Virus record (IMG/VR): IMGVR_UViG_3300005937_000008
Location: 1-64,000 of that record
DNA from: a virus
Lineage: Duplodnaviria > Caudoviricetes
Direction: 5' to 3' (one strand)
DNA: 64,000 bases
Below, one piece after another: positions 54,680 to 64,000 of the stretch. The position numbers and the translations under genes are program-made. The stretch's first letter is position 1, and the number at the start of each line of letters is the position of its first letter. The notes below the pieces were generated by a model. It was not told the DNA's origin. It saw only the letters and a list, made by a program, of their open reading frames with translations, and searched no databases.

Positions 54680-55318
54680 GTGGACGTCGTAGGGACGTGG
54701 ACAGGCGAAACCGCATGCCTCCTTCAGCAGGCCATGCGGATGACCAACGAGGAGTTCGCCGAACGACTCGGCCTGTCCGATCGGACCATCACCCGGTGGC
54801 ACGCATCACCCGAGATGAGCCACCGACCCGAAGTGCAACAGATCCTCGACACGGCATACGAACAGGCAGGTGAGGCGGTGCAACGACGGTTCGCGCTCTT
54901 GCTGCGCCCCGCTGAGCCGCGCATGGAAGCGCAGGCCCTGCGGGTAGCGATAGCCGTCGTGCTGCGAGATGACGATGTGCTGCTGGTCTGCAGGCGCGGG
55001 GACGGCGAGCTGCGCTGGCAATTCCCGGCCGGCATGGTCAAGCCGGGCGCCGACCCGGCGACGACAGCGGTGCAGGAAACCCACGGCGAGACCGGCGTGC
55101 ACTGCACCATCCGCGAGCACCTCGGCGAACGCATCCACCCGGTGACTGGGGTTATCGCTGAATACCACCTCTGCGATTTCCTGGCCGGCGATGCCACCAA
55201 CCGAGACCCGCTGGAGAACGTAGACGTGACCTGGGTTCCGCGCGCAGCCGTCACCCGCTTCATTCCGCAACACCAGATCTACCCGCCCATCCTGAGCGCC
55301 CTGGAGGTAGCTGCATGA
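54680..55318 (+). CDS. XRE-HTH fused to degenerate NUDIX domain (212 aa)
   Basis: MTNEEFAERLGLSDRTITRW; NUDIX box G-MVKPG-A-DPATTAV-QE-TH-GE-TGV lacks several acidic/Arg residues. Confidence 0.8.
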   Translation: MDVVGTWTGETACLLQQAMRMTNEEFAERLGLSDRTITRWHASPEMSHRPEVQQILDTAYEQAGEAVQRRFALLLRPAEPRMEAQALRVAIAVVLRDDDVLLVCRRGDGELRWQFPAGMVKPGADPATTAVQETHGETGVHCTIREHLGERIHPVTGVIAEYHLCDFLAGDATNRDPLENVDVTWVPRAAVTRFIPQHQIYPPILSALEVAA

Positions 55319-55725
55319 CCGAGACGACGACCGAGAAGCCGGGCATCTCCGCCGCGATCATCGTGAAGGATGGCGCTGTGCTCATGGTTCGGCGCCGCGT
55401 CGGCGAGGGCGAACTGCTCTGGCAGTTCCCTGCGGGCGCGATCGAGCCGGGTGAGGCGGCCACGGACGCGGCGGTGCGCGAGACCGACGAGGAGACCGGC
55501 CTGACGGTGAAGGCGCTGCGCCTGCTCGGCGAGCGCGTGCACCCGAAGACCGGCCGGCTCATGTCGTACACCGCCTGCGAGCCGGTATCCGGCGAGGCCC
55601 GCGTCGCGGACGACGACGAGTTGGACGCGATCGCCTGGGTCTCCCTCGCCGAAATCCCCGACTACGTCCCCTACGGCCTGTACGGGCCGGTGCAGGAGTA
55701 CCTCGACGAGGTGCTCAGCGCGTGA
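55315..55725 (+). CDS. NUDIX hydrolase (136 aa), Pif-like context
   Basis: Canonical G-AIEPG-E-AATDAAV-RE-TD-EE-TGL. Confidence 0.9.
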   Translation: MTETTTEKPGISAAIIVKDGAVLMVRRRVGEGELLWQFPAGAIEPGEAATDAAVRETDEETGLTVKALRLLGERVHPKTGRLMSYTACEPVSGEARVADDDELDAIAWVSLAEIPDYVPYGLYGPVQEYLDEVLSA

Positions 55726-56027
55726 GGGAACACATGTACCGGCCTGACGCCGGGCGTACCAGCCTGTACCGCATCTGCGACGGAAGCGGCCAGTTGCTGT
55801 ACGTCGGGATCGCCACCGACCCGGAGAGGCGCGTCAACGTGCACCGCTGGGATACGACCAAGAAGTGGCGCCGCGAGATCGCCGAGTTCCGTGCGGAGTG
55901 GTTCGACACGCGGTGCGAGGCAGAGAAGGCCGAAGTGTCCGCCATCCGGAGCGAGCGCCCGCTCCACAACCGGAGATACCACCCGGACTACGGCGACGCC
56001 CCGTGGAGTAGCAACACGGCGGCGTGA
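55722..56027 (+). CDS. GIY-YIG nuclease-domain protein (101 aa)
   Basis: SLYRI...LLYVGIATDPERR..H...AEKAEVSAI..ERPLHN. Confidence 0.75.
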   Translation: MREHMYRPDAGRTSLYRICDGSGQLLYVGIATDPERRVNVHRWDTTKKWRREIAEFRAEWFDTRCEAEKAEVSAIRSERPLHNRRYHPDYGDAPWSSNTAA

Positions 56028-56141
56028 CAGAACAGCGGCCGGGCCTCCCGTGTTCGAGCACGAGAGCCGGCCGCTGCAACAACCGGCGAGCGCGAACTCG
56101 CCGATCACGAAACCCACCCTTCGAAGAGATGAGGTTCACCT

Positions 56142-56444
56142 ATGACTCTAGCGCCTGAGACCTCTGCGGCGCCTGCGGCTTCCGTCACGCCGGATCGCAT
56201 CCTTGACGCCCCACTCAGCCAGCTGCTGACCGAGACGGGTGTCGAGCTCATCGACAGCTCCATCAGTGACCGGGAGTTCTTCGGGGCCGTTGTTCAGCGG
56301 AAGAATGGTGAGCTGCTGCTCACGATGCCGACCGGTCGTAGCGAGCTGGAGCACGACACCGTCGCCCGGTATCTCCTGGCCCAGGTCTTCGACGTCGAAC
56401 TCCCGCAACTGCCGCCGCCGTTCGTCACGACGACTGCGGCCTGA
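56142..56444 (+). CDS. Hypothetical protein (100 aa)
   Basis: ORF track; GAGG RBS; flanked by hairpins. Confidence 0.55.
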   Translation: MTLAPETSAAPAASVTPDRILDAPLSQLLTETGVELIDSSISDREFFGAVVQRKNGELLLTMPTGRSELEHDTVARYLLAQVFDVELPQLPPPFVTTTAA

Positions 56445-56543
56445 TTATCAGTCCCCGCTCGTAGAGTCGAAACGCCGGGCCTGCTCAGACGAAGTGAGCG
56501 GGCCCGGCGTGCACGATCATCCCATCTCACTGAAGGACACGCA

Positions 56544-57068
56544 TTGACTCGTCACCTGCAAGTCGTGCCCGAGTTCAAGGACACGCTCGATCGGCCGGCC
56601 TGGTGGTTCCAGGAGCAGTGGCTGTGGTTCCACACTGACTGGTCGAAGGTCCGCAAGCCGATGACCGAGGAAACCCTGAGGTGGGCCTACGCCCGCGAGG
56701 GCATCCCGTATCCGGACGACGTTCAGCCGGAGCCCGAGCCCTCCATTTCCGTCGACACTCCTCCCCCGCCGCCGAAGCGGAAGGCGGTCACCGCCGAGTC
56801 GCACACTTACCTGATCGAGGCGGAAGGCTCCCACCTGGTGAAGATCGGTATCGCCAGCGATCCGGTGCGTCGACTGCGGGAGCTTCAGACGGGTCAGCCG
56901 ATGGAGCTCCGCTTGCTGTGGTCTATCGCCGGGGACTACGAACACGACTTGCATGTCCACTTCGCCGCCCACCGTGTGCGCGGCGAGTGGTTCGATCTGA
57001 CATCTCTCGGTGATCCGGTAGACGTCGTGAAGGCGGCTGTCGGTGAGATCGAAGTATCGCGCGCGTAG
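56544..57068 (+). CDS. T5orf172/MUG113-type GIY-YIG domain protein (174 aa)
   Basis: YLIEAE..LVKIGIASDPVRRLRELQTG..EHDLH..F..HRVRGEWF. Confidence 0.75.
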   Translation: MTRHLQVVPEFKDTLDRPAWWFQEQWLWFHTDWSKVRKPMTEETLRWAYAREGIPYPDDVQPEPEPSISVDTPPPPPKRKAVTAESHTYLIEAEGSHLVKIGIASDPVRRLRELQTGQPMELRLLWSIAGDYEHDLHVHFAAHRVRGEWFDLTSLGDPVDVVKAAVGEIEVSRA

Positions 57069-57080
57069 CCGCACACGAAT

Positions 57081-57112
57081 CGGCCCCCACACCCGTTTGG
57101 GTGTGGGGGCCG
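57081..57112. terminator. Perfect hairpin at convergence of plus cassette and minus operon
   Basis: CGGCCCCCACACCC-GTTT-GGGTGTGGGGGCCG. Confidence 0.8.
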
Positions 57113-57225
57113 TCGTCTTGCCGCGGACCTGCGCCTCCTCCGCCGTCTTCGCCTCCGCGCGATGGCGAACACCGTGTTGGTGCCGGCTGCGGCGGTGAGG
57201 GCGGCGGCGGTGATGAGCCAGCCGG

Positions 57226-57465
57226 TCACTCGCCCTCCCGTTCCAGTGTCTTGCCGGTCAATGCGAGGACGACGAGCCGCATGTCGCAGAGGTCGACGAT
57301 GCGTTCTGCCCAGTCGAGGGTGAGGGTGGCTTTGCCGGTGAGCATCATATTCATGTGCTTGGTGGACAGGCCGAGTTGGCGGCAGGCCTCGGCTTGGCTG
57401 ATGCCGGCGGTGTCGAGTGCGGCCCGGACCTGGGTGCGGAGGTCCCGTTCCGCCGTGCCGGTCAC
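57226..57465 (-). CDS. XRE-HTH protein (79 aa)
   Basis: GISQAEACRQLGLSTKHMNMMLTGK. Confidence 0.75.
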   Translation of the reverse strand: MTGTAERDLRTQVRAALDTAGISQAEACRQLGLSTKHMNMMLTGKATLTLDWAERIVDLCDMRLVVLALTGKTLEREGE

Positions 57466-59956
57466 TCGCCGGCCTTCTCGCCGTCGAACCAGCGCCTGTC
57501 GTCGGCGGCACACTCGGCGATCGACGGCCCGTCGTCGCCGGCCGGCTTGTCCACGGCCGCCGGCTCCGCCTGTTCCCCCAGCTGCTCGAGTACTTTCGCG
57601 AGTTCGTCGTCGAGCCCCCGCAGCAGTCGTGCGTCGTGGTCGTCGAGCCGTCCGGCGGTCTGCTCGTGGAGGCTGCGGATGGCGTCGGCGTGGATGCGGG
57701 CGATCGCCGCCAGCGTGCCCGGGTCGGGGGCGTCCGCGCTGGCGGCGGGGTTGTCCGGGGTTCCCAGGGTGTCCCGGTACTGGTCGAATGCGGCCCCGAT
57801 GACGGGCATGATCCGGCTGGCGATGCTGCCGGGCGTCCAGTAGGCGACGGGAAGGGCCTCGAGGGTTGCGACGATCTGCTCGCGCAGGCCGGCCGGGGCC
57901 AGGTGGAAGTGCGGGGCGGATGCCTGATCGGTCACGGCTGCTCCTGGCTGTCGTCGAGGATGTTGAGGATGGCGGCGGCTGCCGGATGCGTTTCGCCGGG
58001 GCGGACGGTGGCCTGCCAGCGGCCGGCGAGGGCACGGAGTTGTCCGGTGGCCGCGGACAGGCGGGTGACCTCGTCGGCGAGGGCGCGCCTGTCTCGGTCG
58101 ACGATGGTGAGGACGGTGTCTGCGTCTGCGCCGTAGACGATCAGGTCGTGGGGGTGGGCGTCGGCCCATCGGCGGCCGGGGTTGCTGTGCTCGTAGAGGG
58201 CGGCGGCGATCTGCTGCCGCAGCGGGTTGTCCGCCGTGCCGCTGCTGGTGGCGGGGTTGTCCGGGGTTGTCCGGGCGGGTGGGTCGGTGGCCTGCCAGCA
58301 GCCGATGGGCGGGTCGGGTGCCCAGTAGCCGGTGAGGTCGTCGGGTTGTACGTCGTCGGGGTCGGTCATCGTCCCTCCTGGTCGGGGCAGTTGATGGTCC
58401 GGCAGCCGTCGTGCAGGTAGCAGCCGTGGACGCAGCGGGGCCGGTTGTAGTCGGGCTCGGCGTCCCGTTGCGGGGCGTGGCGGACGCTGTCGTAGGTCGG
58501 CCGCTTGTGCCAGCCGGCGGGCTCGTCTTGGGTGTCGGGGTCCCAGGTGGCGATGGCGGCTTTCACGGCGGCCGGGTCGCGCGGGTAGCACCAGCCGTAG
58601 TCGTATCCCCACTCGCCGGCCTCCCCGCGAGGGACGGCGATGACCCGGATGTTGAAGCCCTGCCACAGCCACAGGTACCGGTGGGTGTCGTCGGCGGCGA
58701 GCTCCTCGCCCTGCCAGTGCTCGTCGGTGATCGGCTTGGGGTGGTGGGTGACGGTCATGCTGCGGGTCGTCCTTCCCTGGTGGCGGCGTTGATCTGGTCG
58801 CGGATGGCTTCGTAGCCGGCGAGCCGGTTTCGCCAGCTGGTCGGCTCGGGTCCGGTCTTGCCGAAGTGGGCCCGTAGTTCGGCAACGAGGGTGTCGTCGC
58901 CCGGGTTTTCGTCGTCGTGGCCGAGGGCTTCGCACAGGACGTCGCGGAAGCGGTCGGCGGCTCCGGCTGCGGTCTGCTTGGCCTGGCATTGGTCGTCGAG
59001 TTCGCCGTGCAGGGCGTCGATGTGGTCAATGCCTTCGCGCAGCCGTTCGGCTTCGGCGGCGGTGAGTTGTCCGCGGCTGGCCCGGTCGGCGAGGTTGCGG
59101 AGCTGGTCGAGGGTGGGTGGCCTGGTCACAGGATCTCCCCGGTCACGTTGACGGCTTCAACTGCCCTGGTCCGGTTGTCGCGGATCCGCTGCCAGGTGCG
59201 CCGGGGCCGTACCGCCAGCAGCAGGAGGCCTTCGGTGGCGAGGATGGCCTGTCCGATCCACCAGCGTGCGTGCCGCCAGGCCGGATTGTCGGGGGCGACG
59301 ATGAGCCACATCGCCCACTCACAGATCCGGTCGCCGGGGCGGTGCCGGCAGGTGAGGTAGCCGGCGGTGAACGCGACGGCGGCGGTCACGGCGAGGACGG
59401 TCACGGCTGCCTCCCCTGCTGTGCTCGGCCGACGGGTTTCGGTTTCCCGTCGGCGCCGACCAGCCCGTCGGCCATCGCCCGGGTGCGCAGGCTGATCAAC
59501 AGCGCCTGGCGGGTGGTTTCGCCGGTGCGGGTGTAGAGGGCGAGGAGCCGGGCGAACTCGTCGTCGAGCTGCAGGTGGAGTTGGCGGGCGGTCACAGGTA
59601 CTCCTGGTCGGCGATCGGTATGTCTTCGATGTGGGCGCGCTCTACGTCGGTGAGCTGGCCGTGCAGATCCCACGGCTGGAGCGGGGGCATGGTGCCGGGC
59701 ACGGGGTCGTGGTCGCCGCAGGGCTCGGGCTGCATGTCGGCGGTCACGGCTGACCTCCGTTGATCGCGCGGGCGAGTCGGAGCATGCGGCGGTGGCGGCC
59801 GTCGGTCTCCTGGATCGTGGCCTCGCGGTCGAACTCCAGCACGGAGAAGGACTCAAGGACCTTGGCGAGCGGGTCGGCGATATGGGGTGGGACGATCCCG
59901 GCTTGGTGTCGCAGCTTCTGGGCGGCGTTCATGATCTCGTCGGCGGGGTGGGTCAT
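57462..59956 (-). other. Run of coupled middle-region hypothetical ORFs
   Basis: 57462-57935, 57932-58369, 58366-58758, 58755-59129, 59126-59404, 59401-59595 (RHH-like), 59592-59747, 59744-59956; GTGA/ATGA overlaps. Confidence 0.6.
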
Positions 59957-59994
59957 GTGGGTGCTCCGGTGGTTGGTGGTGCCGTCGGGCGGGG

Positions 59995-60327
59995 TCAGGC
60001 TTCGGCTCCGCAGGTGCGGCAGGCGAACCCGGCAGGCGGTTTGTCCATGCAGACGAAGCAGCCGGGCGCGGTGAGGAGTTGCTCAGGGCGGAGCCCGAAC
60101 ACGGCGGCCAGGGCTACGAGGTCGTCGACGATGACGGCGACGGCTGGGCGGTCGGGGTCGCGGTTGCGTTCGATGCGGCCGATGGTGAGGTAGCCGACGG
60201 GTTTGCCTGCGGCCTCGGTCTGACGTCCGACCTCGCGGAGGGACCAGCCGCGTGCGGTGCGCAGGGCGTGGATGTGGGCGCCGACGATGCGGGAGACGGG
60301 GAGGTCTTCGGCGAGACGGGGCGGCAT
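59995..60327 (-). CDS. XRE-HTH protein with C-terminal zinc ribbon (110 aa)
   Basis: IHALRTARGWSLREVG..IGRIER; CFVC..CRTC. Confidence 0.75.
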   Translation of the reverse strand: MPPRLAEDLPVSRIVGAHIHALRTARGWSLREVGRQTEAAGKPVGYLTIGRIERNRDPDRPAVAVIVDDLVALAAVFGLRPEQLLTAPGCFVCMDKPPAGFACRTCGAEA

Positions 60328-60343
60328 CAGGCTGCTTCCTGGC

Positions 60344-60826
60344 TCAGGCGGTGATCGTGTGGACGGTGATTCCGGCGGCTTCGGCGAGCCGCATGCAGCC
60401 GCGGGTGCCGACGTTGCGCTGGCCGGGTTCGGGGAACGCGACCATCCATGCGGGCCGCGGGAGCTTGGCGACCATGCCCGCGTTGCGGCGCGGCCCGGCA
60501 CCGGGGCAGTAGTCGTCGAGCAGGCCGGGGTGAGCGACGTCGCCGGGTTTCTTCCGTCGCCGATGCCCGGGGCCGGGAGGGCAGTTGGGGGCGCAGTTGT
60601 CCCAGTCGGCGGGCATCGGGTCTTCGCTGACGCCGAACCGGCCGCCGAGCTCGTTGACCCAGTCGGAGGCGGCCTGGTCGGCGGAGTGTTCGCCGGGGCA
60701 GGCGCCGTGACGGACGATCACCGGGCCGTCGGCGATGTTGACGGCAATGTCGAACAAGGCGGCGGGGACGACGCCGGGCTCGGTGAGGTGGCGGGAGCCG
60801 GCGAGGAGGATCACGGTGGCGTTCAC
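60344..60826 (-). CDS. SLOG-family (YspA/DUF2493-like) protein (160 aa)
   Basis: ILLAGSR..VRHGACPG..ADQAASDW..PADW..AGPRRNAGMV..VAFP..GTRGCMRLAEAAGI. Confidence 0.75.
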   Translation of the reverse strand: MNATVILLAGSRHLTEPGVVPAALFDIAVNIADGPVIVRHGACPGEHSADQAASDWVNELGGRFGVSEDPMPADWDNCAPNCPPGPGHRRRKKPGDVAHPGLLDDYCPGAGPRRNAGMVAKLPRPAWMVAFPEPGQRNVGTRGCMRLAEAAGITVHTITA

Positions 60827-62247
60827 GCGGGCTCCTCCGGGAGTTCGATGCGGGCGGTGACGATCAGCCGGGTGCCGGGCGGGAAGTTCTTGGCGTCGGC
60901 CCAGAACCCGGGCCCGGACTCGATGCCGTGGTGGGCCTTGCCGGGATCGCCTTCGGGCCCCCAGTAGTTGCCGAGGAGCTTCGGCTGGCCGTCGCAGCCG
61001 GTGCGATACCTGGGGTGCAGCTCCAAGACGACGGCCTGTTCCTGGTTGTCCTGGGTCAGGTACTCGTCGGGCTTGTCGTGCTTGATGCACTTCCATGCGC
61101 TGTTGACGGTGTCGAGGTCGCGGCGGGCGGTGTACTCGATGTCGCGGTAGGTGCGGCAGCCGGACTGGGTGCAGGTCTGCCGGTGGGTTCGGCGGCGGCT
61201 CATGCGGCTTCCTTGTCGGTTCGGGCCCACGAGGGCGCTGTACGGGCCTGAGAGGCGCTGGGGCGAGTCGGTGCGGGAAAAGGGTCGCCGGGTGCCTGCG
61301 GGGCGCTCCAGCGCGGAACCGTCGGGCGGGCCGGGCCTGTTGCGGGCGATCCAGCGGGCAGCACGGGAGCCGAGCGAAGCCACAGACGCCCGTCTGCGGG
61401 CCTGGGAGCGTCCCGGACGGGGCGGAAGCCGCACAGACCCCTGAGAGCCGCCCACAGCCACCGCCACGCCCCCAACAGCGGCCAGTCCTGCCCGTGGTGG
61501 CCGCACGCGAGCGCCGCGAACGCGATGGTGCAGGCGAGATAGGCTGCGAGGCCCGTCACGACGGCTGCTCCTCGTCCAGCACCGCAAGGACGCGAGCGCC
61601 GGTGTCGAAGAACAGGCTGCGCGCGAGGACCCGGATCTGATCAGCGGCAGCCCGGTGGATGCTGGCGCGGTCGCCGACCGTGTCGACGCAGGCGCAGTGT
61701 CCGCCTCCGGGGCGTCCTTCGTGCGTGACCGGGCAGATGCCGGGGTCGGGGGTTCGGCCACAGGGGCAGGCCACGGTCACGCCTCCTCGTCCTGCGGCGC
61801 CCCGCCAGTGGACTCCCCGACGGCGGGCGCGGCACAGGTGCGGCACGGCGGGGCTTGCGGCAACTCCCAGGAGCTGCCCGTGATCAGGTCGTCCTCCGGG
61901 TCGATGACGGCGCGCAGGCGGCGGACTTCTTGCACCAGCGCGGGCACGTCCTCGCGGGCGTGGGCCATCAGCTCCCAGTCCGCCATGGTGAAGTCGCCGA
62001 TGTCGGAGCGGTGGAAGTCGTAGTCGCGCGGCTGCTCACCAGTCCGCTTGCAGCGCTCAGCGGCGGACCACGTCGGCGTGGGCGTGATCACGGCGGTCAC
62101 GTACAGGCCGTGGCCGCAGGGGTAGTCGCCGCCGCAGTCGCAGCCTTCCTTGTCGAGGGTCCACGGGCCGGGGGTGAGGTGCTCGCTGGTGGCGCGGGCT
62201 TCGATGTCGTCGAGCTGCTGGTCGGTGGGCGGGGTGTGGTCGTTCAC
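60823..62247 (-). other. Four coupled hypothetical ORFs
   Basis: 60823-61203 (126 aa), 61200-61559 (119), 61556-61780 (74), 61777-62247 (156; LDDIEARA..TPGPW..MAHAREDVPALVQEVRRLR). Confidence 0.6.
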
Positions 62248-62315
62248 GGTGTCCTCCGGTGTCGTGTTGTGGTGTCGGGTGATGTCTTGGGCGTGGCGGG
62301 GGTCAACGGGCGGCA

Positions 62316-63740
62316 TCAGGCGGCAAGCGCCGGCGCGGCTGCGGTGTGGCGGTCGATGGCTTCGCCGGTGATGGCTTCGACGAGCGCGCAGACCAAGATC
62401 TCGGCCATGTTGGGCGGGACGGCGTTGCCGTACTGCTTGACGCGTTCACGCTTGGAGCCGAGGACGATGTACTCGTCGGCGAAGCTCATCGCCCTGCCGA
62501 TCTCGTGGGGCTCCAACATGCGGAACAGCACGTCGTCGATGTCGACGTCGCCCTCGACGACCGCGATCCGCGGATCCGGGGTGACGAGGCCGTGATGGTT
62601 CCCGGACGCCGTGACGGTGGCGAGCGCCTCCGTCACAGGCCGGGCCACCGAGCCGCCGCCGCGGAGTTCAGCGATGAACGGCAGCCACGCGAGGCCGGTT
62701 TCGTTGCGGGCCGTCTGGGTGCGCAGCGGCGCCAGGGCGGTGTTCGCCTCTTTGCCGTCACGGCCTTCGACCGGAACCATCAGCGGCGGTATCCCGAGCC
62801 GGCGGCCGTCGACGGGCCGGGCGAAGCGGGTGATGCCGGCCTGGATGCGGGCGAGGGTCTTCGCCGCGAGCGGCCGGGCCCTGTCGCCGATGCGCTGGCC
62901 GGGCAGCGCCCAGTCGATGCACGTCGCCGCAGGCAGCGTCTCCGGCTCAAGCAGCTTGTAGCGGCAGGCCGAGTTGGGACACCGGTACACGTACTGCTGC
63001 CGGTAACGCCCCATGTCGCGGCCCTGCCTCTTGAACACCTGCATGGCGTCCACGTGGCGGTCGCAGGCCTCGCACCAGGCGCGGGGACGCAGCCACTTGT
63101 TCCAGTCCGGGGTACGGCCGAGCGTGCGGTGCCAGTAGGCCACGAACAGGCGATCCCGGCTCTGCGGCGCCTGGTGCACCGACCGCGGATGCGCGTGCAT
63201 GGCGTTCAGGGCGATGATCCGGGTCTCGTAGCCGAGCTTGCGGATCTCGCCGAGCCAGCGGTCCCACTCGGCCCAGGTGCGGACGTCGACGACGTTCTCG
63301 ACGATCCCCGCCTTCACGAGGCCACCGCGCTCCTGCACGCCGCGCAGGTACAGCGGCACCTCCTCCATCAGCGCCCGCGACTCCTCCTCCGCAGTCGGCT
63401 GCTCGTCCTCGGCCGTCTCCTCGAGGAGGGAGAACAGGTCGTACTGCATGGCCTTGTCGAAGTCCCGCTGCTTGCCCTTCGCCACTGACCAGTTGGTGCA
63501 CTCCGGCGAAGCCCAGAAGATGTCGGTGACGGGCCAGTCCCACACTGGGGCCTGACGGATGTCGCCCTGGTAGTGGTCGGTCTCCGGGAAGTTCGCGGCA
63601 TGCGATTCGATGGCGCGCAGCCAGTGGTTCGCGGCCCGGGTGACGCGGACGCCGGGGACGGCGTGGACGCCCTGGCTGGAGCCGCCTGCACCGCAAAACC
63701 AGTCCATAACGGACAAGGCGTCATTATCGTGGCGGTACAT
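62316..63740 (-). CDS. DNA (cytosine-5) methyltransferase (474 aa)
   Basis: Motif I DWFCGAGG; catalytic ASPECT; ENV motif VI; PQSRDRLF motif VIII; C-terminal QYGNAVPP motif X. Confidence 0.9.
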   Translation of the reverse strand: MYRHDNDALSVMDWFCGAGGSSQGVHAVPGVRVTRAANHWLRAIESHAANFPETDHYQGDIRQAPVWDWPVTDIFWASPECTNWSVAKGKQRDFDKAMQYDLFSLLEETAEDEQPTAEEESRALMEEVPLYLRGVQERGGLVKAGIVENVVDVRTWAEWDRWLGEIRKLGYETRIIALNAMHAHPRSVHQAPQSRDRLFVAYWHRTLGRTPDWNKWLRPRAWCEACDRHVDAMQVFKRQGRDMGRYRQQYVYRCPNSACRYKLLEPETLPAATCIDWALPGQRIGDRARPLAAKTLARIQAGITRFARPVDGRRLGIPPLMVPVEGRDGKEANTALAPLRTQTARNETGLAWLPFIAELRGGGSVARPVTEALATVTASGNHHGLVTPDPRIAVVEGDVDIDDVLFRMLEPHEIGRAMSFADEYIVLGSKRERVKQYGNAVPPNMAEILVCALVEAITGEAIDRHTAAAPALAA

Positions 63741-64000
63741 CACGCGGCACTTCCTTCGCGGTGGGTGGCGGTCAGCCCGGCATGCGCGGCGGCGGTGCGG
63801 TGTTCGGCCGGCAAGTCGGCGTCGCAGTAGAAGCCGATCGTGAGGTGCATGCCGTGGTCCTCGACGACCTTCCACACGGCCGTGCCGGTGCAGGCAGGCC
63901 GGCCGTCTCGCTGACGGTGGAAGTTGGTTGTGCAGTCCGCGTAGTCGGTGAAATCGGGCAGCAGCCAGCCGGCGTCGCGGCGGAAGACCCGGACGATCGG
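63740..64000 (-). CDS. Hypothetical protein, 5' end outside window
   Basis: Open minus frame ..GWLLPDFTDYADC..CTGTAVWKV..FYCDADLP..EGSAA* overlapping methyltransferase start. Confidence 0.5.
   Translation of the reverse strand, partial: PIVRVFRRDAGWLLPDFTDYADCTTNFHRQRDGRPACTGTAVWKVVEDHGMHLTIGFYCDADLPAEHRTAAAHAGLTATHREGSAA

Larger units (their letters stand above)
1..64000. mobile_element. Temperate siphovirus-type actinophage genome (circularly permuted, incomplete at window edges) carrying a plasmid/AICE-like transfer module
   Basis: Continuous terminase-portal-protease-capsid-tail-lysis block, integrase, repressor and att region; phage-type early genes at both window ends on the minus strand; no host housekeeping genes recognised. 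Confidence 0.95.

Noticed and set aside
46867-55725. Independent AICE inserted into the prophage
   Set aside because: No own integrase, excisionase, RepSA or flanking att repeats visible, and the block is co-oriented with phage operons; not fully excluded without comparative data
57745-58270. GGGTTGTCCGGGGTT / PDNP repeats shared by two neighbouring ORFs
   Set aside because: Short, in-frame, only a few copies; more likely a mosaic-recombination linker than a functional site
62316-63740. Restriction-modification system
   Set aside because: No cognate endonuclease next to the methyltransferase in the window; orphan C5 MTases with SPEC motif are common in actinophages

Overview
The whole window is one temperate, HK97-fold, long-tailed phage genome from a high-GC actinobacterium. 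Gene content points to Streptomyces (inference). No host housekeeping genes were seen. The gene order is circularly permuted: an apparently intact attP (~9.5-9.9 kb, arm-type repeats on both sides) and the likely cos/packaging region (~44.7 kb) are both internal. This suggests an excised or ligated circle or a tandem-prophage junction. Modules: early, recombination and immunity genes plus a tyrosine integrase (1-9.5 kb); an accessory region (9.9-18.9 kb) with an orphan DpdA/TGT-like gene, an initiator-type tRNA-Met, a second Cre/Xer-like recombinase and several divergent regulator-operator units; lysis (19-22 kb); tail (22-35.5 kb); head and packaging (35.5-45.1 kb), with a methyltransferase and a glycosyltransferase directly after the major capsid gene; a Streptomyces plasmid/AICE-type conjugation module (46.9-55.7 kb); and middle genes ending in a C5 DNA methyltransferase. 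The conjugation module has a TraB-like FtsK translocase, Spd-like membrane proteins, a pRL2-8-like protein, a strand-polar clt-like repeat cluster and a Pif-like NUDIX pair. The most striking candidate system is a virion-forming phage that also carries TraB-type mycelial transfer and conjugal-immunity machinery. Family assignments come from motif recognition only; no database search was run.
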